Shown in pieces: positions 26,671-40,345 of a DNA stretch of 57,524 nucleotides (its first letter is position 1; every line of letters starts with the position of its first letter). Made by a program: the position numbers and the translations under genes. Source of the DNA: Spongospora subterranea f. sp. subterranea (Eukaryota); the NCBI GenBank assembly GCA_049724395.1, contig JAUGWO010000039.1, positions 62,001-119,524 of the forward strand, read 5' to 3'. Under the pieces are notes generated by a model. The model was not told where the DNA came from and did not search any database. It saw nothing but the letters and a program-made list of their open reading frames with translations.

Positions 26671-28650
26671 TGTCCAACGTTGACTACGGAATAGGATTCA
26701 TTCTGATATTGACTACTCAGAAATATGATGAACGGGGGAACTCCATCGTTTAGTGATCGTATTGCCGCCCTGCCATGATTGATAATTACCGACGACATGT
26801 TCGATGAGAGAATGATATTGATGAAGAGTCGTTATCCTCCTCCAATAAGACGATCGTTATTCCGATCGAGGTTGTTATCTGGACCCCATTTCCTCAATCA
26901 TCTCTTCCCTCCAAGACGTTTGGAAAGACTCAAAGATTCGAACAACAGAGAGAGGTCTCAGCCTCTTATCCGATAACTTATCTCGCGCCCGTTTTGAAAA
27001 TACTTTTAAGAGGGTGGGCGTTTAGCATTGGTCTTCACGTTCATAGATAGCCATAATGGAGCTGATTCTGCACGTCATGGAGATGTGTGAGCGTTGTCGG
27101 TAATTGTTGGACTATGACAGGAATCAGGAGGCGGTCAAGGAAAATCGTATCGCGATAATTCCAATAAGTTGCATATATAGAGATTACCACCAATCGTCAA
27201 AGGAAGGTGAATCCTGTCATTGGCAATAAATCCCAACGCAATTCGGATTCTAATTGACGCATTCACTGGATTCGGGATGACGCCATAATGACATATTTCG
27301 ATATATGCTCCGATATCCAAGTACTGTAGATGCACCCAGAAGAGGGAGTGAATTAGAGGGCCACAATCTGGAACGATTTCAAAAGGAAGTCAAAGCAGTT
27401 TCGATTTCTGATGAAGGTAAACTGGGGCGGGAGTTGAACAATAAAATTGAGGGAAGAGATAATAGAGGAAATGGGGTCCAGATAACGAACTCGATCGGGA
27501 TAACGATCGTCTTAATGAAGGCGAGTAGTTTCCGACAGCAGCTCGACAATCACGCTGTCGCAAAACTGAATGCGATATACTTTGTCAACCATCGAGATGA
27601 ATTCTCGGGCCGGCGCCGTCGCGTACGCCTGGTTCTGGGAGCCGCGAGCGTGTGCGTTTAGGGGATCGTACTCTCCTTCGAGAGCAACTTTGAAAACAAC
27701 CTTCTCTTGCCGAAACATAGCTTCTTTGAAGACGACTTTACAGGAGTTGTCTTCGATTGGTTCCTTCATATTAGGCACAATCAATGAGGATGAGAGCTCT
27801 TCCGTCCAAAGTGGGGGGTTGCAAGATGTGTCAAATCGTTCTCAAATTAGCCACAGAATCGTTATTCGCTGCCGTATCACCTTTGACGTGCTCAAACATT
27901 GTGCAAACAATGCATTTTGCCAGACAGCTGGAGGATAGCCGATCGCGATCAGACTCGAAAGTTGGTTTGACAACAGGCTGTGCACTGTTGGTGCAACTTC
28001 CACGACAGGCGATTGCAGCAACCTAAAGTCATAGGTATTAGAAAAATCGTGGTCAGAAGTTTGATCAGCTTGACCCATTTCTGTCCGAATGAGCCACAAA
28101 CCTTCTTTGCGTTTGAGCGAGATAAAATCAATGGGAATTTCTAAAAACTTGTGTCAGGCAAATTAAGGGCGCTATCTCCAGTGGCAAATTGATACTTGGC
28201 CTTGTCATGCCACTTGGGATAAGGGAATAAATTTTTGGTCAACCATTCGACGATGTAGATATACGACGCCGACATCGTTGGGATCCGTTTCTGGAGCCAG
28301 GCCACCAAAAAACCATATTAACAGGGCATTGTTCGGGCAACTTCATTGCCTTCCCAGTTACCGGGTGAAAACCGCAGGCATGACCCGTTATGCTGAACTT
28401 TGGCAACATAACGTTCGTCGCACCGGCATTGCGATTCCCGCCCATTCGACGACGATCTGCGTCACCGGCGCCTTCCGATATTCTCATGAGCTGGTCGTGA
28501 ACCGATTGACCCGACAAGATCGGTTTTGAAGAGCAGGAGCTGTCACAGTGACCATTGACATTACCACACAATACAAAACGTCATATTCGTAACAGATATG
28601 GAAATCTTTGTTACAACTGCCGTCACAGATCTTGTGTGATATATTAAACG

Positions 28651-31131
28651 GGGGGCTATAAAAGACTGGCCACTTTAACTGGCCATTTCAGAAAGTGCGC
28701 GGATGGCCAAATGGCCAGTTAAAGTGGCCAGTCTTTTACTATAGGTACGAGAAAAGACTGGCCACAAACTGACCGGGGTTTCCTATTTGACTGGCCAATG
28801 GTGGATTTGGGATTCAAATATTATTATATACACTTGAGTGTACCGTGTCAACGTAGTTGGCTTAATCCTGGCATCTTGCCGGGCTCATCCCTTTTTACGT
28901 GAACGAACAATTGTCACCGCACGGTTCAGCGAACAAAACTGGGAACAACTGACGAACGTCGACCGCCTTTTCCCTCACCGGCGTAGAAAACGTTGTCCTC
29001 AACGTATCATTCAGACAGACATATTCAGGTTAACCATTTTTTTCTTCTTTTAAATTTAAATCAAGTAATTACCACTAATCCTGGGGTCTGTTGGGGACAA
29101 TTTCTGCGGCACTTAAATGCTGACAATAACATCAATCCGATTCGTGTTGGCATTAATAAGGAAACCTTATGTTTATTTTTTATCGTACGCCACATAAACG
29201 GAATTGGCTTTGAAATTTATTGGTTTCTCATCGAAAACGGCCCTTCCTCCGTTTGTAAGGTCATCGTAATGATAGAATCCTGGCATCTTGCCCGGTTCAT
29301 CCCTTTTAACGTGTACGAAAAAATGCCCACCTGTGGCAGTTGTTGCAGATATTCTCCCAAAAGACCCCAGGGTTCGTCGCTTAACAGGACTTCATCCGAA
29401 CACTCAACTGGAACACCAACTGGTAGTGAAATAAACATAACAGAGGTAGGTAACTTTTTGATTGTCAGGGTCTCGATCTGCATTGCCTATTTACAATTTT
29501 TTGATATTGCTACTATTTTTGGTGACATCAGAGTTCACTTACAGCATCACAACCAGGCAGAGTACAGCACCTGTGAAATTCCTCATCAAAGCCAGTCATT
29601 AAAGTTGACAACACCGCCTGCAATGATGGTTCCTTAGAATCTATCTGCTGGTCCCTGACCTCCTATTGTCAAATATATAAATAAATAGAGTTTTCAATGA
29701 ACCGAATAGTTCAGCTCACCAGGATTGGCCAAATTGATTCACAAGAATCAAGTAAGTGCCCTTTGCAGCACTTGACGGTTTTGTAAGAGAAAATGAGTAC
29801 AAGATGAACACGACAACCCATTGAACCAGGAATATGCAACGGGAATCCATCGTGACAGCAAATTGCAGTAAACTGCAGTGGTCATCAAATAACCATTATC
29901 GAAAAAGCTACCGGTCATCGAGTTCAAATCAACGAATCTGAGTAAAAATTTAAATCTTCGAAAACAACAAAGCAACGTCTTGATACCTGTCAACCATGAA
30001 TTTTGACGCCACCGTCAAATGCATCTTCTTCAAGGTTAAATCGCTAGACACTAAACTATGGTCGCCAAAGGATCGCTGGAACTCAATGATTTGGTCAATG
30101 AGAGACTCTCCCGAACCTTATAACCCTAAACAACTGAAGCGCAAACAAAGCATCTACAAACCTGGCAAGCGCAGGCCTAAATCGTTCAAAACTTGTCGAC
30201 GGAAATATGCGACTCTGGATATATTTCCAAACGATTCATGCAGTTCGGACACCGAAATGATGCATGGTGTGGCTGTGACCAGCTTCAAGGCCTTGGCTGT
30301 TGGGTTTGCTAGGATTCTGTCGGCAAGCGACTCCTTGGTGTAATAATCGGCCTTATTGACATGGGGACTTGGGTGATTGTGACAGCCTTCATGTATGATG
30401 ATTGTTCTATTGCAGAAAGCAGCCTCAATCCACCGGCATTTGGCATTGCATTTCAAACGGGTCAATTCACCCAGACAAACGTGACACCTGCATAAAAGTT
30501 TAGATGCACCTGCTATGAAACTGCAGCAGTACGAATGGTCGAATGAGTCCGGATTATTCTGTTTAGGACGCAGAGAATACGAACACGTGGCGTTGAGCAC
30601 GAAATAACCCCGTTGCACATCTTTAAAACGATTTTAACAGCTCTTTTTCTGTCCAAAAATGACCGGTATGTGTCTTTGTTACTCGCCACTGCCATTCAGA
30701 ATAGTGGGCAACCAAATTGGGTTTTGATGCCGCGTGTTCAAAAAAAAACCGTGCATTTCCATTTGGGCGCAAAGGAACCCCGTCACAATCTGGATGATGG
30801 TTCGCTAAATATTTCACCGGATTGGAGTTAAACTCGGCCCCAGTGAAATCGGACATTGACCAGGAGGTCGACATCCATCACCTGAAATAGGCAGAAATGC
30901 GACGCGGAACACCGCAAGTCCGGAACATGAATTGCATACACTCATGTGTATATAATAATATTTAATTCCGAAAATCCACAATGGCCAGTCAATAATATAT
31001 TGACCAAGAAACCACAGTCAATTTGTGGCCAGTCTTTTCTCGTACCTATAGTAAAAGACTGGCCACTTTAACTGGCCATCCGCGCACTTTTTGAAATGGC
31101 CAGTTAAAGTGGCCAGTCTTTTCTCGTCCCC
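28651..31131 (-). mobile_element. 2.5 kb TIR DNA transposon encoding a degraded GCM-like domain and a MULE-like catalytic region
   Basis: ~120 bp TIRs (28651-28775, 31015-31131; GGGG...CCCC) built from ACTGGCCA motifs; EWQWRVT..C.G...C..RP..C..C..C.A..HEGCHNHP; FFDNGYLMTTAVYCNLLSRWIPVAYSWFNGL. Confidence 0.85.
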
Positions 31132-31336
31132 AAACACTACAGTAAAGTCATCCGCTTGGCAATATTGTCCCAGAAACTGATGACACCACACAGGCAGACC
31201 ATCGACCGGAGAAGCGGCGCCTCAGGAATTTTGCTAAGACCTTCGATGCTGAAAACAAATTCATGAAGTGTGCCTCTAAATTGGCGAAATATTCTGAAGA
31301 GCGTACAGAGTTAGAACGAGATTTGAAGCGATTAAG

Positions 31337-31735
31337 GTGGTGATGTCCGAAAACTGTCAATCAAGTCCTGATCTCATTCTTTTAGGCTTAATAAAAACCG
31401 GCCATGAACCTAAGCAAGTGAAAGGTGCTGTCAAATGGTGTGTCCTGTGTGGCGACAGCCACAGTCAGGCTCATCGAGGCAGACGAACAAGCTTTGAATG
31501 CGAACTCTGTCCCGTTCGCCTGTGGGTTACGAGTAGCACTGACTCAACCGGAAGAAAGGATAGTTGTTTTAGTATCTGGCACAAACAAAGCGTCTCAGAG
31601 CATCGTCAAGTGTCCAGCAATAATGCTGAATTGGAAGCTGCTGAGTCAGCAATACCGGTATCAACAAAGAATATGAACAATCGTCGAATGAGACGCCGTT
31701 CTAGCGAATTCAGATACTCTATAAACAACAAATAA
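31337..31735 (+). mobile_element. piggyBac-like Cys-rich C-terminal remnant
   Basis: KWCVLCGD..RGRRTSFECELCPVRLW...CFSIWH. Confidence 0.6.
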
Positions 31736-32319
31736 TGCGATACTATAATGTCACATTCAGCATTTTGATAGGAGAAAAGCATCAAGAAACTGCGGGACTT
31801 CATTCCTCATTTTTTCATTAAATACACGAGTAACAATCATGAAAACTTGTATATGAGTTGGTCTTGAAGAGATGCTTAACTGGTAGTCAAATTTTTCAAC
31901 AAACTTCTGGAATGAGTTTTTCGCGACATAGGTAGGTATGGTGTCGCCAAAAAAGGATACACTGAGTAAACTACTCATAGCAAATACCGCGCAAAAAGTT
32001 TTGCCCAACCTTGTGGTGCCCGGCTCTGCTCAACGCAACAAGATTTCCTTTGCACCTGGGTTTACACCCACCGTTCACAAAGGATTGAAGCTGATGTAAT
32101 ACACTGTTCGATATTCGAAACTTCATCATCAATGCACTAAGGAATTAAAAGAGGATTTCGGGAGGCCTCAAGCAGTCCGGTTTTCACCATTTTTGGCCAC
32201 GCAGAAAACAGGTGACGCCCACTGAGATTTGGGATTGAGGTACACGAATCCGAACTCGATCAACTGCTTGAAATGGTCCTCTAAAAATTTCTTATGCAAT
32301 GGTGGTTGGCGACGAGGTA

Positions 32320-32660
32320 ATGTGGATCCGATAGTTGTGGAATTGAAACATGACGCTGTTCCAGTTTTGTGTAAACCTCGTCGCCAACCACCATTGCATA
32401 AGAAATTTTTAGAGGACCATTTCAAGCAGTTGATCGAGTTCGGATTCGTGTACCTCAATCCCAAATCTCAGTGGGCGTCACCTGTTTTCTGCGTGGCCAA
32501 AAATGGTGAAAACCGGACTCTTCTTTCCGTTGTTAATCTTCGCGTTCCCAATTCGATGATCCAGCGTTGCGTTTGGCCTATGCCGCATCTGAGTATGGTT
32601 GGATCATACCTATCGACGTCGAAGGTATTCGCAGTTTTGGATGCTGATTTACAGGTTTTT
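32320..32660 (+). mobile_element. Gypsy reverse transcriptase N-terminal fragment
   Basis: LKHDAVPV.CKPRR...SQWASPVFCVAK...NLRVPN..WPMP. Confidence 0.85.
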
Positions 32661-32987
32661 GGCAATTTACGATTACTGGACGGTTTGGGATTGTTTCTGA
32701 TTTCTTGCCCCAGCGTGTCAGGGACGTTGGCACAAACGATGTTAATAATAAACGACGTTGTCTGAACTGAGCATTTGCCCAGTTCGGACGGTACGTTTAG
32801 CAGGGTCAAACCTGTCATAGAGTACGGTCTTGGTACGATCATAACAGTATCCCCCGTCTTGGGCGCGGTGCCTCTGGATGGGTCTGATGGAATTGAGCGA
32901 TGCAATCCTTTAGCGCGGAGGTGGCTGAAAGGAGCAGTGATGATGACGGTTCCCAAGTACGGTCAGAAATGTCGTAACCTTTCCAGT

Positions 32988-33875
32988 CTACCAAATACTG
33001 ATGTTTGCCACGGAAGAAGCGGGAGCAATGATATCCTGAACCTCATAGAGAGGTTGTTGGCAATCGTCTAAGGCAAATGGTGGTGGTTTACATTGCTTTC
33101 GCCCATTTAACGTGTTCTTCACGGTGGGCTCTATCAAAGATGAATGAAAAACCCGATGCAATTTGGTATCGCTCGGAAGATCCAGTTCGTATGCGACCTG
33201 ATTGATAATACGAACAATGGTACGAACAATGGTGAACGGTCCTAATCGCTTTTCCGAGAGCTTGTCGCACGGACGTTTGGAGGGAATAGAGTTTCGAATC
33301 AGCCAGACCTTGTCGCCTACAGCATATTCAGGACTAGGACGTCTATTGGCATCTGCAAACCGTTTCATTGTAGCCACGGATGTCTGTAAAGTCGCTTTTA
33401 AACGTTTATAGATCTCATGAAGATGGGTGATTAAGTCGGTAACTGCTGGATTTGGACATAAAATAGAACTCGGGGCAGAAAATCATGACGGCCGTGAAAA
33501 CCAAAATTGGCGAAGAAAGGTGAACAATGATCGCGGCACAAACAACCGATTAACGAATGGAAAGAATTATTATATGCAATTTCGGCCATCGGTAACAGAT
33601 CACACCAGTCATTGGGGCCCTCTGTCAAACACAATATCAGTTAGATGGCCGTGTAATTTAAAAACGTTGGTGAAAACGAGTTTGGCAAGATGACAATTGG
33701 TAACTGTTTCGTTGCAAGGAATGAAATCAGCCATTTTGGTCCAAAAGCGGTCAACAACCACTAAGATACTGTCAAAACCTGCAGATTTGGGGAGTTTGAC
33801 GATGAAATCCATCGAAAAAGATGTCCAAGGTTGGGAAGGAATCGGAAGTGGCTGAAGTAACCCAGACGGTTTCAT
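32988..33875 (-). mobile_element. Gypsy integrase/chromodomain remnant
   Basis: [59 protein letters not shown]. Confidence 0.92.
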
Positions 33876-34821
33876 TTAGGACCGTTCACCATTGTTCGTA
33901 TTATCAATCAGGTCGCATACAAACTGGATCTTCCGAGCGATACCAAATTGCATCGGGTTTTTCATTCATCTTTGATAGAGCCCACCGCGAAGAACACGTT
34001 TAATGGGCGAAAGCAATGTAAACCACCACCATTTGCCTTAGGCGACTGCCAACAACCTCTCTATGAGGTTCAGGATATCATTGCTCCCGCTTCTTCCGTG
34101 GCAAACATCAGTATTTGGTAGACTGGAAAGGTTACGACATTTCTGACCGTACTTGGGAACCGTCATCATCACTGCTCCTTTCAGCCACCTCCGCGCTAAA
34201 GGATTGCATCGCTCAATTCCATCAGACCCATCCATAGGCACCGCGCCCAAGACGGGGGATACTGTTATGATCGTACCAAGACCGTACTCTATGCACAGGT
34301 TTGACCCTGCTAAACGTACCGTCCGAACTGGGCAAATGCTCAGTTCGGACAACGTCGTTTATTATTAACATCGTTTGTGCCAACGTCCCTGACAGCGGTT
34401 AGCAGTTTATTAACCTGTCATAGAGTACGGTCTTGATAGGATCATGACACAGCGATACTATTATGGCGGTGAGGCATTGACAAAACTTGCTTATCGGCGC
34501 GCCAAATCGGTTTGCGCTGGATTTGTTTCCAGGCCAAGACTATCAGGATTGTGAAGTGGATTACCATCTCCAATTTACCTCAACACCAACAAGGAACACA
34601 CATGTTGAAATCAGGTACTTGATTGGAAACGGACAGATTGGGTTGGAAATGTCAGAGAACATTTACTGGTATTCAGCAAATAGGGTCATTTGGCCCATAG
34701 CACTCGCATAGAATCTTTTAGACCAATGATATTTCGGCCGTTTGGCATTGTCCCTGATACCAAACGGTTTTCATTCATCATGGGACGCGCAAGTCTGGAA
34801 TATGAGTCGTGTTCTAACAGA

Positions 34822-35306
34822 TGATAACGGGCCGACTCCATCTCATGTAATAATGGCCGACTCCCTCTTGTGATAATGGCCGACTCCATCTTGTGATAAT
34901 GGCCGACTCCATCTTGTGATAATGGCCGACTCCATCGTGTGATAATGGCCGACTCCATCTTGTAATAATGGCCGACTCCCTCTTGTGATAATGGCCGACT
35001 CCATCTTGTGATAATGGCCGACTCCATCTTGTGATAATGGCCGACTCCCTCTTGTGATAATGGCCGACTCCATCTTGTGATAATGGCCGACTCCCTCTTG
35101 TGATAATGGCCGACTCCATCTTGTGATAATGGCCGACTCCATCTTGTGATAATGGCCGACTCCATCTTGTGATAATGGCCGACTCCATCTTGTGATAATG
35201 GCCGACTCCCTCTTGTGATAATGGCCGACTCCATCTTGTGATAATGGCCGACTCCATCTTGTGATAATGGCCGACTCCATCTTGTGATAATGGCCGACTC
35301 CATCTT
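34822..35306. repeat. 23-bp array, 21 units
   Basis: Read directly; recurring CCATC/CCCTC variant. Confidence 0.98.
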
Positions 35307-36096
35307 ATCCAAAGTTGACTACGGAACAGGATTCATTCTGATATTGACTACTCAGAAAAATGATGAACGGGAGAACTCCATCGTTTAGTGATCGTATTGC
35401 CGCCCTGCCACGATTGATAATTACCGACGACATGTTCGATGAGAAATTGATATTGATGAAGAGTCGTTGTTCTCCTCCATCAAGACAATCATTATTCCAA
35501 TCGAGTCCGTTCAATCTAGACCCCATTTTCCTAATCATCCCTCCCCTTCAAGACGGTGGCGCCCCTCAACACCGTTCCCTCACCCCACTACTGTTGAAGA
35601 AACTGACAATACAAACAATAAACACAGCAGTGTATGAGATGAGTCTGGATAAAGATGGCTTGACAATGGCGATCGCCACTTTGAATGAATGAGATATCGA
35701 CAATGGTGATGTGATTCATTGAAATACTGGTAATGCGAACAGGAAATCGCATAGCTGTTGACCAATGAGCATTACCATCAGCACAACTGGATTGAACCAG
35801 CCAATAATGGTTGAGGGTCCTCATGTTCCGAACTTGAAGCCGCCAGGCGATTTCCGCAGGTCCAAGTGTTGGAAAGACGGATCAAAGGCTCGAACAACAG
35901 AAAGAGGTCTCAGCCTCTTATCCGATAACTTATATCGCGCGCCCGTTTTGAAGATACTTTATATTCGGAGGGGCGTTTAGCATTGGTCTTCACGTTCATA
36001 GATAGCCGCAAATCGCAATGGAGCTGATTCTGTTCGTCATGGAGATGTGTGAGCGCAGTTATCGGTAATTGTTGGAGTGACAGTAACTTTTATAAC

Positions 36097-36869
36097 TGGG
36101 GTACAGTACTTCAGCAATAATGGTCTAGATTTGGGGTGCAGTACTTCAGCAATGATGGTCTAGATTTGGGGTACAGTACTTCAGCAATATGGTCTAGATT
36201 TGGGGTACAGTACTTCAGCAATGATGGCTAGATTTGGGGTACAGTACTTCAGCAATGATGGTCTAGATTTGGGGTACAGTACTTCAGCAATGATGGTCTA
36301 GATTTGGGGACAGTACTTCAGCAATGATGGTCTAGATTTGGGGTACAGTACTTCAGCAATGATGGTCTAGATTTGGGGTACAGTACTTCAGCAAAATGGT
36401 CTAGATTTGGGGTACAGTACTTCAGCAATGATGGTCTAGATTTGGGGTACAGTACTTCAGCAATAATGGTCTAGATTTGGGGTACAGTACTTCAGCAATA
36501 ATGGTCTAGATTTGGGGTACAGTACTTCAGCAATGATGGTCTAGATTTGGGGTACAGTACTTCAGCAATGATGGTCTAGATTTGGGGTACAGTACTTCAG
36601 CAATAATGGTCTAGATTTGGGGTACAGTACTTCAGCAATGATGGTCTAGATTTGGGGTACAGTACTTCAGCAATAATGGTCTAGATTTGGGGTACAGTAC
36701 TTCAGCAATGATGGTCTAGATTTGGGGTACAGTACTTCAGCAATGATGGTCTAGATTTGGGGTACAGTACTTCAGCAATAATGGTCTAGATTTGGGGTAC
36801 AGTACTTCAGCAATAATGGTCTAGATTTGGGGTACAGTACTTCAACAATAATGGTCTAGATTTTGGGTA
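36097..36869. repeat. 35-bp tandem array, ~22 units (GATTTGGGGTACAGTACTTCAGCAATRATGGTCTA)
   Basis: Read directly. Confidence 0.98.
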
Positions 36870-36912
36870 TTTTGTAGATTTGGCCAAAACATAGCACATG
36901 ACCGGTATTGTA

Positions 36913-39900
36913 AATATATCACACAAGATCTGTGACGGCAGTTGTAACAAAGATTTCCATATCTGTTACGAATATGACGTTTTGTACATTGTGTGGTAAT
37001 GTCAATGGTCACTGTGACAGCTCCTGCTCTTCAAAACCGACCTTGTCTGGTCAATCTGTTCACGACCAGCTCATGAGAATATCGGAAAGCGCCGGTGTCG
37101 CAGATCGTCGTCGAATGGGCGGGAATCGCAATGCCGGTGCGACGAACGTTATGTTGCCAAAGTTCAGCATAACAGGTCATGCCTGCGGTTTTCACCCGGT
37201 AACTGGGAAGGCAATGAAGTTGCCCGAACAATGCCTTGTTAATATGGTTTTTTTGGTGGCCTGGCTCCAGAAACGGATCCCAACGATGTCGGCGTCGTAT
37301 ATCTACATCGTCGAATGGTTGACCAAAAATGTATTCCCTTATCCCAAGTGGCATGACAAGGCCAAGTATCAATTTGCCACTGGAGATAGCGCCCTTAATT
37401 TGCCTGACACAAGTTTTTAGGATTTCCCATTGATTTTATCTCGCTCAAACGCAAAGAAGGTTTGTGGCTCATTCGGACAGAAATGGGTCAAGCTGATCAA
37501 ACTTCTGACCACGATTTTTCTAATCCTTATGATTTTAGGTTGCTGCAATCGCCTGTCGTGGAAATTGCACCAACAGTGCACAGCCTGTTGTCAAACCAAC
37601 TTTCGAGTCTGATCGCGATCGGCTATCCTCCAGCTGTCTGGCAAAATGCATTGTTTGCACAATGTTTGAGCACGTCAAAGGTGATACGGCAGCGAATAAC
37701 GATTCTGTGGCTAATTTTGAGAACGATTTGACACATCTTGCAACCCCCCACTTTGGACGGAAGAGCTCTCATCCTCATTGATTGTGCCTAATATGAAGGA
37801 ACCAATCGAAGACAACTCCTGTAAAAAGTCGTCTTCAAAGATGCTATGTTTTGGCAAGAGAAGGTTGTTTTCAAAGTTGTTCTCGAAGGAGAGTACGATC
37901 CCCTAAACGCACACGCTCGCGGCTCCAAGAACCAGGCGTCCGCGACGGCGCCGGCCCGAGAATTCATCTCGATGGTTGACAAAGTTTATCGCATTCAGTT
38001 TTGCGACAGCGTGATTGTCGAGCTGCTGTCGGAAACTACTCGCCTTCATTAAGACGATCGTTATCCCGATCGAGTTCGTTATCTGGACCCCATTTTCTCT
38101 ATTATTTCTTCCATGAATTTTATTGTTCAACTCCCGCCCCAGTTTACCTTCATCAGAAATCGAAACTGCTTTGACTTCCTTTTGAAATCGTTCCAGATCG
38201 TGGCCCTCTAATTCACTCCCTCTTCTGGGTGCATCTACAGTACTTGGATATCGGAGCATATATCGAAATATGTCATCATGGCTGGTCGTCATCCCGAATC
38301 CAGTGAACGCGTCAATTAGAATCCGAATTGCGTTGGGATTTATTGCCAATGACAGGATTCACCTTCCTTTGACGATTGGTGGTAATCTCTATATATGCAA
38401 CTTATTGGAATGATCGCTACGATTTTCCTTGACCGCCTCCTGATTCCTGTCATAGTCCAACAATTACCGACAACGCTCACACATCTCCATGACGTGCAGA
38501 ATCAGCTCCATTGTGGCTATCTATGAACGTGAAGACCAATGCTAAACGCCCACCCTCTTTAAAGTATTTTCAAAACGGGCGCGAGATAAGTTATCGGATA
38601 AAAGGCTGAGACCTCTCTCTTTTCTTCGAATCTTTGAGTCTTTCCAAACGTCTTGGAGGGAAGAGATGATTAAGGAAATGGGGTCCAGATAACAACCTCG
38701 ATCGGGATAACGATCGTCTTATTGGAGGAGGATAACGACTCTTCATCAATATCATTCTCTCATCGAACATGTCGTCGGTAATTATCAATCGTGGCAGGGC
38801 GGCAATACGATCACTAAACGATGGAGTTCCCCCGTTCATCATATTTCTGAGTAGTCAATATCAGAATGAATCCTATTCCGTAGTCAACGTTGGACAAAAT
38901 GGAGTCGGCCATTATCACAAGATGGAGTCGGCCAATATCACAAGATGGAGTCGGCCTGTTATCATCTGTTAGAACACGACTCATATTCCAGACTTGCGCG
39001 TCCCATGATGAATGAAAACCGTTAGGTATCAGGGACAATGCCAAACGGCCGAAATATCATTGTCCTGGGAGATTCTCTGCGAGTACCATGGGCCAAATGA
39101 AACTATTTGCTGAATACCAGTTGATGTTCCCTGACATTCTAAACCAATCTGTTCGTTTTCAATGAAGTACCTGGTGTGGACCTTGTTGGTGTTGATTTAG
39201 ATTAGATCACAACACCGGTCCCTCTCTCTCCTATTCTTGAAGAAATTGAGCTTCACAACTGCGAGGAGACCGCTGACAATAGAAACAATAAAAATGTGGC
39301 TATCTATGATCGTGAAGACCAATGCTAAACGCCCCTTTTAAAAAATATTATCTTCAAAACGAGCGCGAGATAAGTTATCGGATAAAAGGTTGAGACCTCT
39401 CTCTGTTGTTCAAATCTTTGCGTCTTTCCAACACCTTGGACCTGCGGAAATCTCCTGGCGGCTCCAAGTTCGGAAAATGAGGGACCTTCAACAATTCTTG
39501 GCTGGTTCAATCCAGTTGTGCTGATGGTAATGCTCATTGGTCAACAGCTATGCGGTTTCCTGTTCGCATTACCAGTATTTCAATGAATCACATCACCATT
39601 GTCGATGTCTCATTCATTCAAAGTGGCGATCGCCATTGTCAAGTCATCTTTATCCAGACTTATCTCATAACCTGCTGTGTTTATTGTTTGTATTGTCAGT
39701 TTCTTCACCGATAGTGGGGAGAGGGAACGGTGTTGTGGTGCGCCACCGTCTTGAAGGGAAGAGATGATTAGGGGAATGACTCGTTCGCAATGACGCTCGT
39801 CTTATTGGAGGAGGATGACGACTCTTCATCATTATCATTCTCTCATCGAACATGTCGTCGGTAATTATCAATCGTGGCAGGGCGGCAATACGATCACTAA

Positions 39901-40345
39901 ACGATGGAGTTCCCCCGTTCATCATATTTCTGAGTAGACAATATCAGAATGAATCATGTTCCGTGGTCAACTTTGAGTAAGATGGAGTCGGCCATTATCA
40001 CAAGATGGAGTCGGCCATTATCACAAGATGGAGTCGGCCATTATCACAAGATGGAGTCGGAGATGGAGTCGGCCATTATCACAAGATGGAGTCGGCCATT
40101 ATCACAAGATGGAGTCGGCCATTATCACAAGATGGAGTCGGCCATTATCACAAGATGGAGTCGGCCATTATCACAAGATGGAGTCGGCCATTATCACAAG
40201 ATGGAGTCGGCCATTATTACAAGATGGAGTCGGCCATTATCACAAGATGGAGTCGGCCATTATCGCCATTTATCACAAGATGGAGTCGGCCATTATCACA
40301 CAAGATGGAGTCGGCCGGCCATTATAAGATGGAGTCGGCCCGTTA
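36913..40345 (-). repeat. Right arm of large inverted duplication
   Basis: Reverse complement of 25291-28645; includes 23-bp arrays at 38898-38964 (~3 units) and from 39979. Confidence 0.93.

Larger units (their letters stand above)
25291..28645 (+). repeat. Left arm of large inverted duplication (partner 36913-~40345)
   Basis: Colinear reverse-complement match with scattered substitutions and indels. Confidence 0.93.

Noticed and set aside
34686..35312. Repeat proteins (MESAIITRWSRPLSQDGVGHYHK)n in all three frames
   Set aside because: A by-product of a stop-free 23-mer; unit number varies without preserving frame
34822..36869. CRISPR array
   Set aside because: Units are head-to-tail with no unique spacers; no cas genes; eukaryotic context
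36097..36869. True telomere tract
   Set aside because: TTTGGGG occurs once per 35-bp unit and the array is internal
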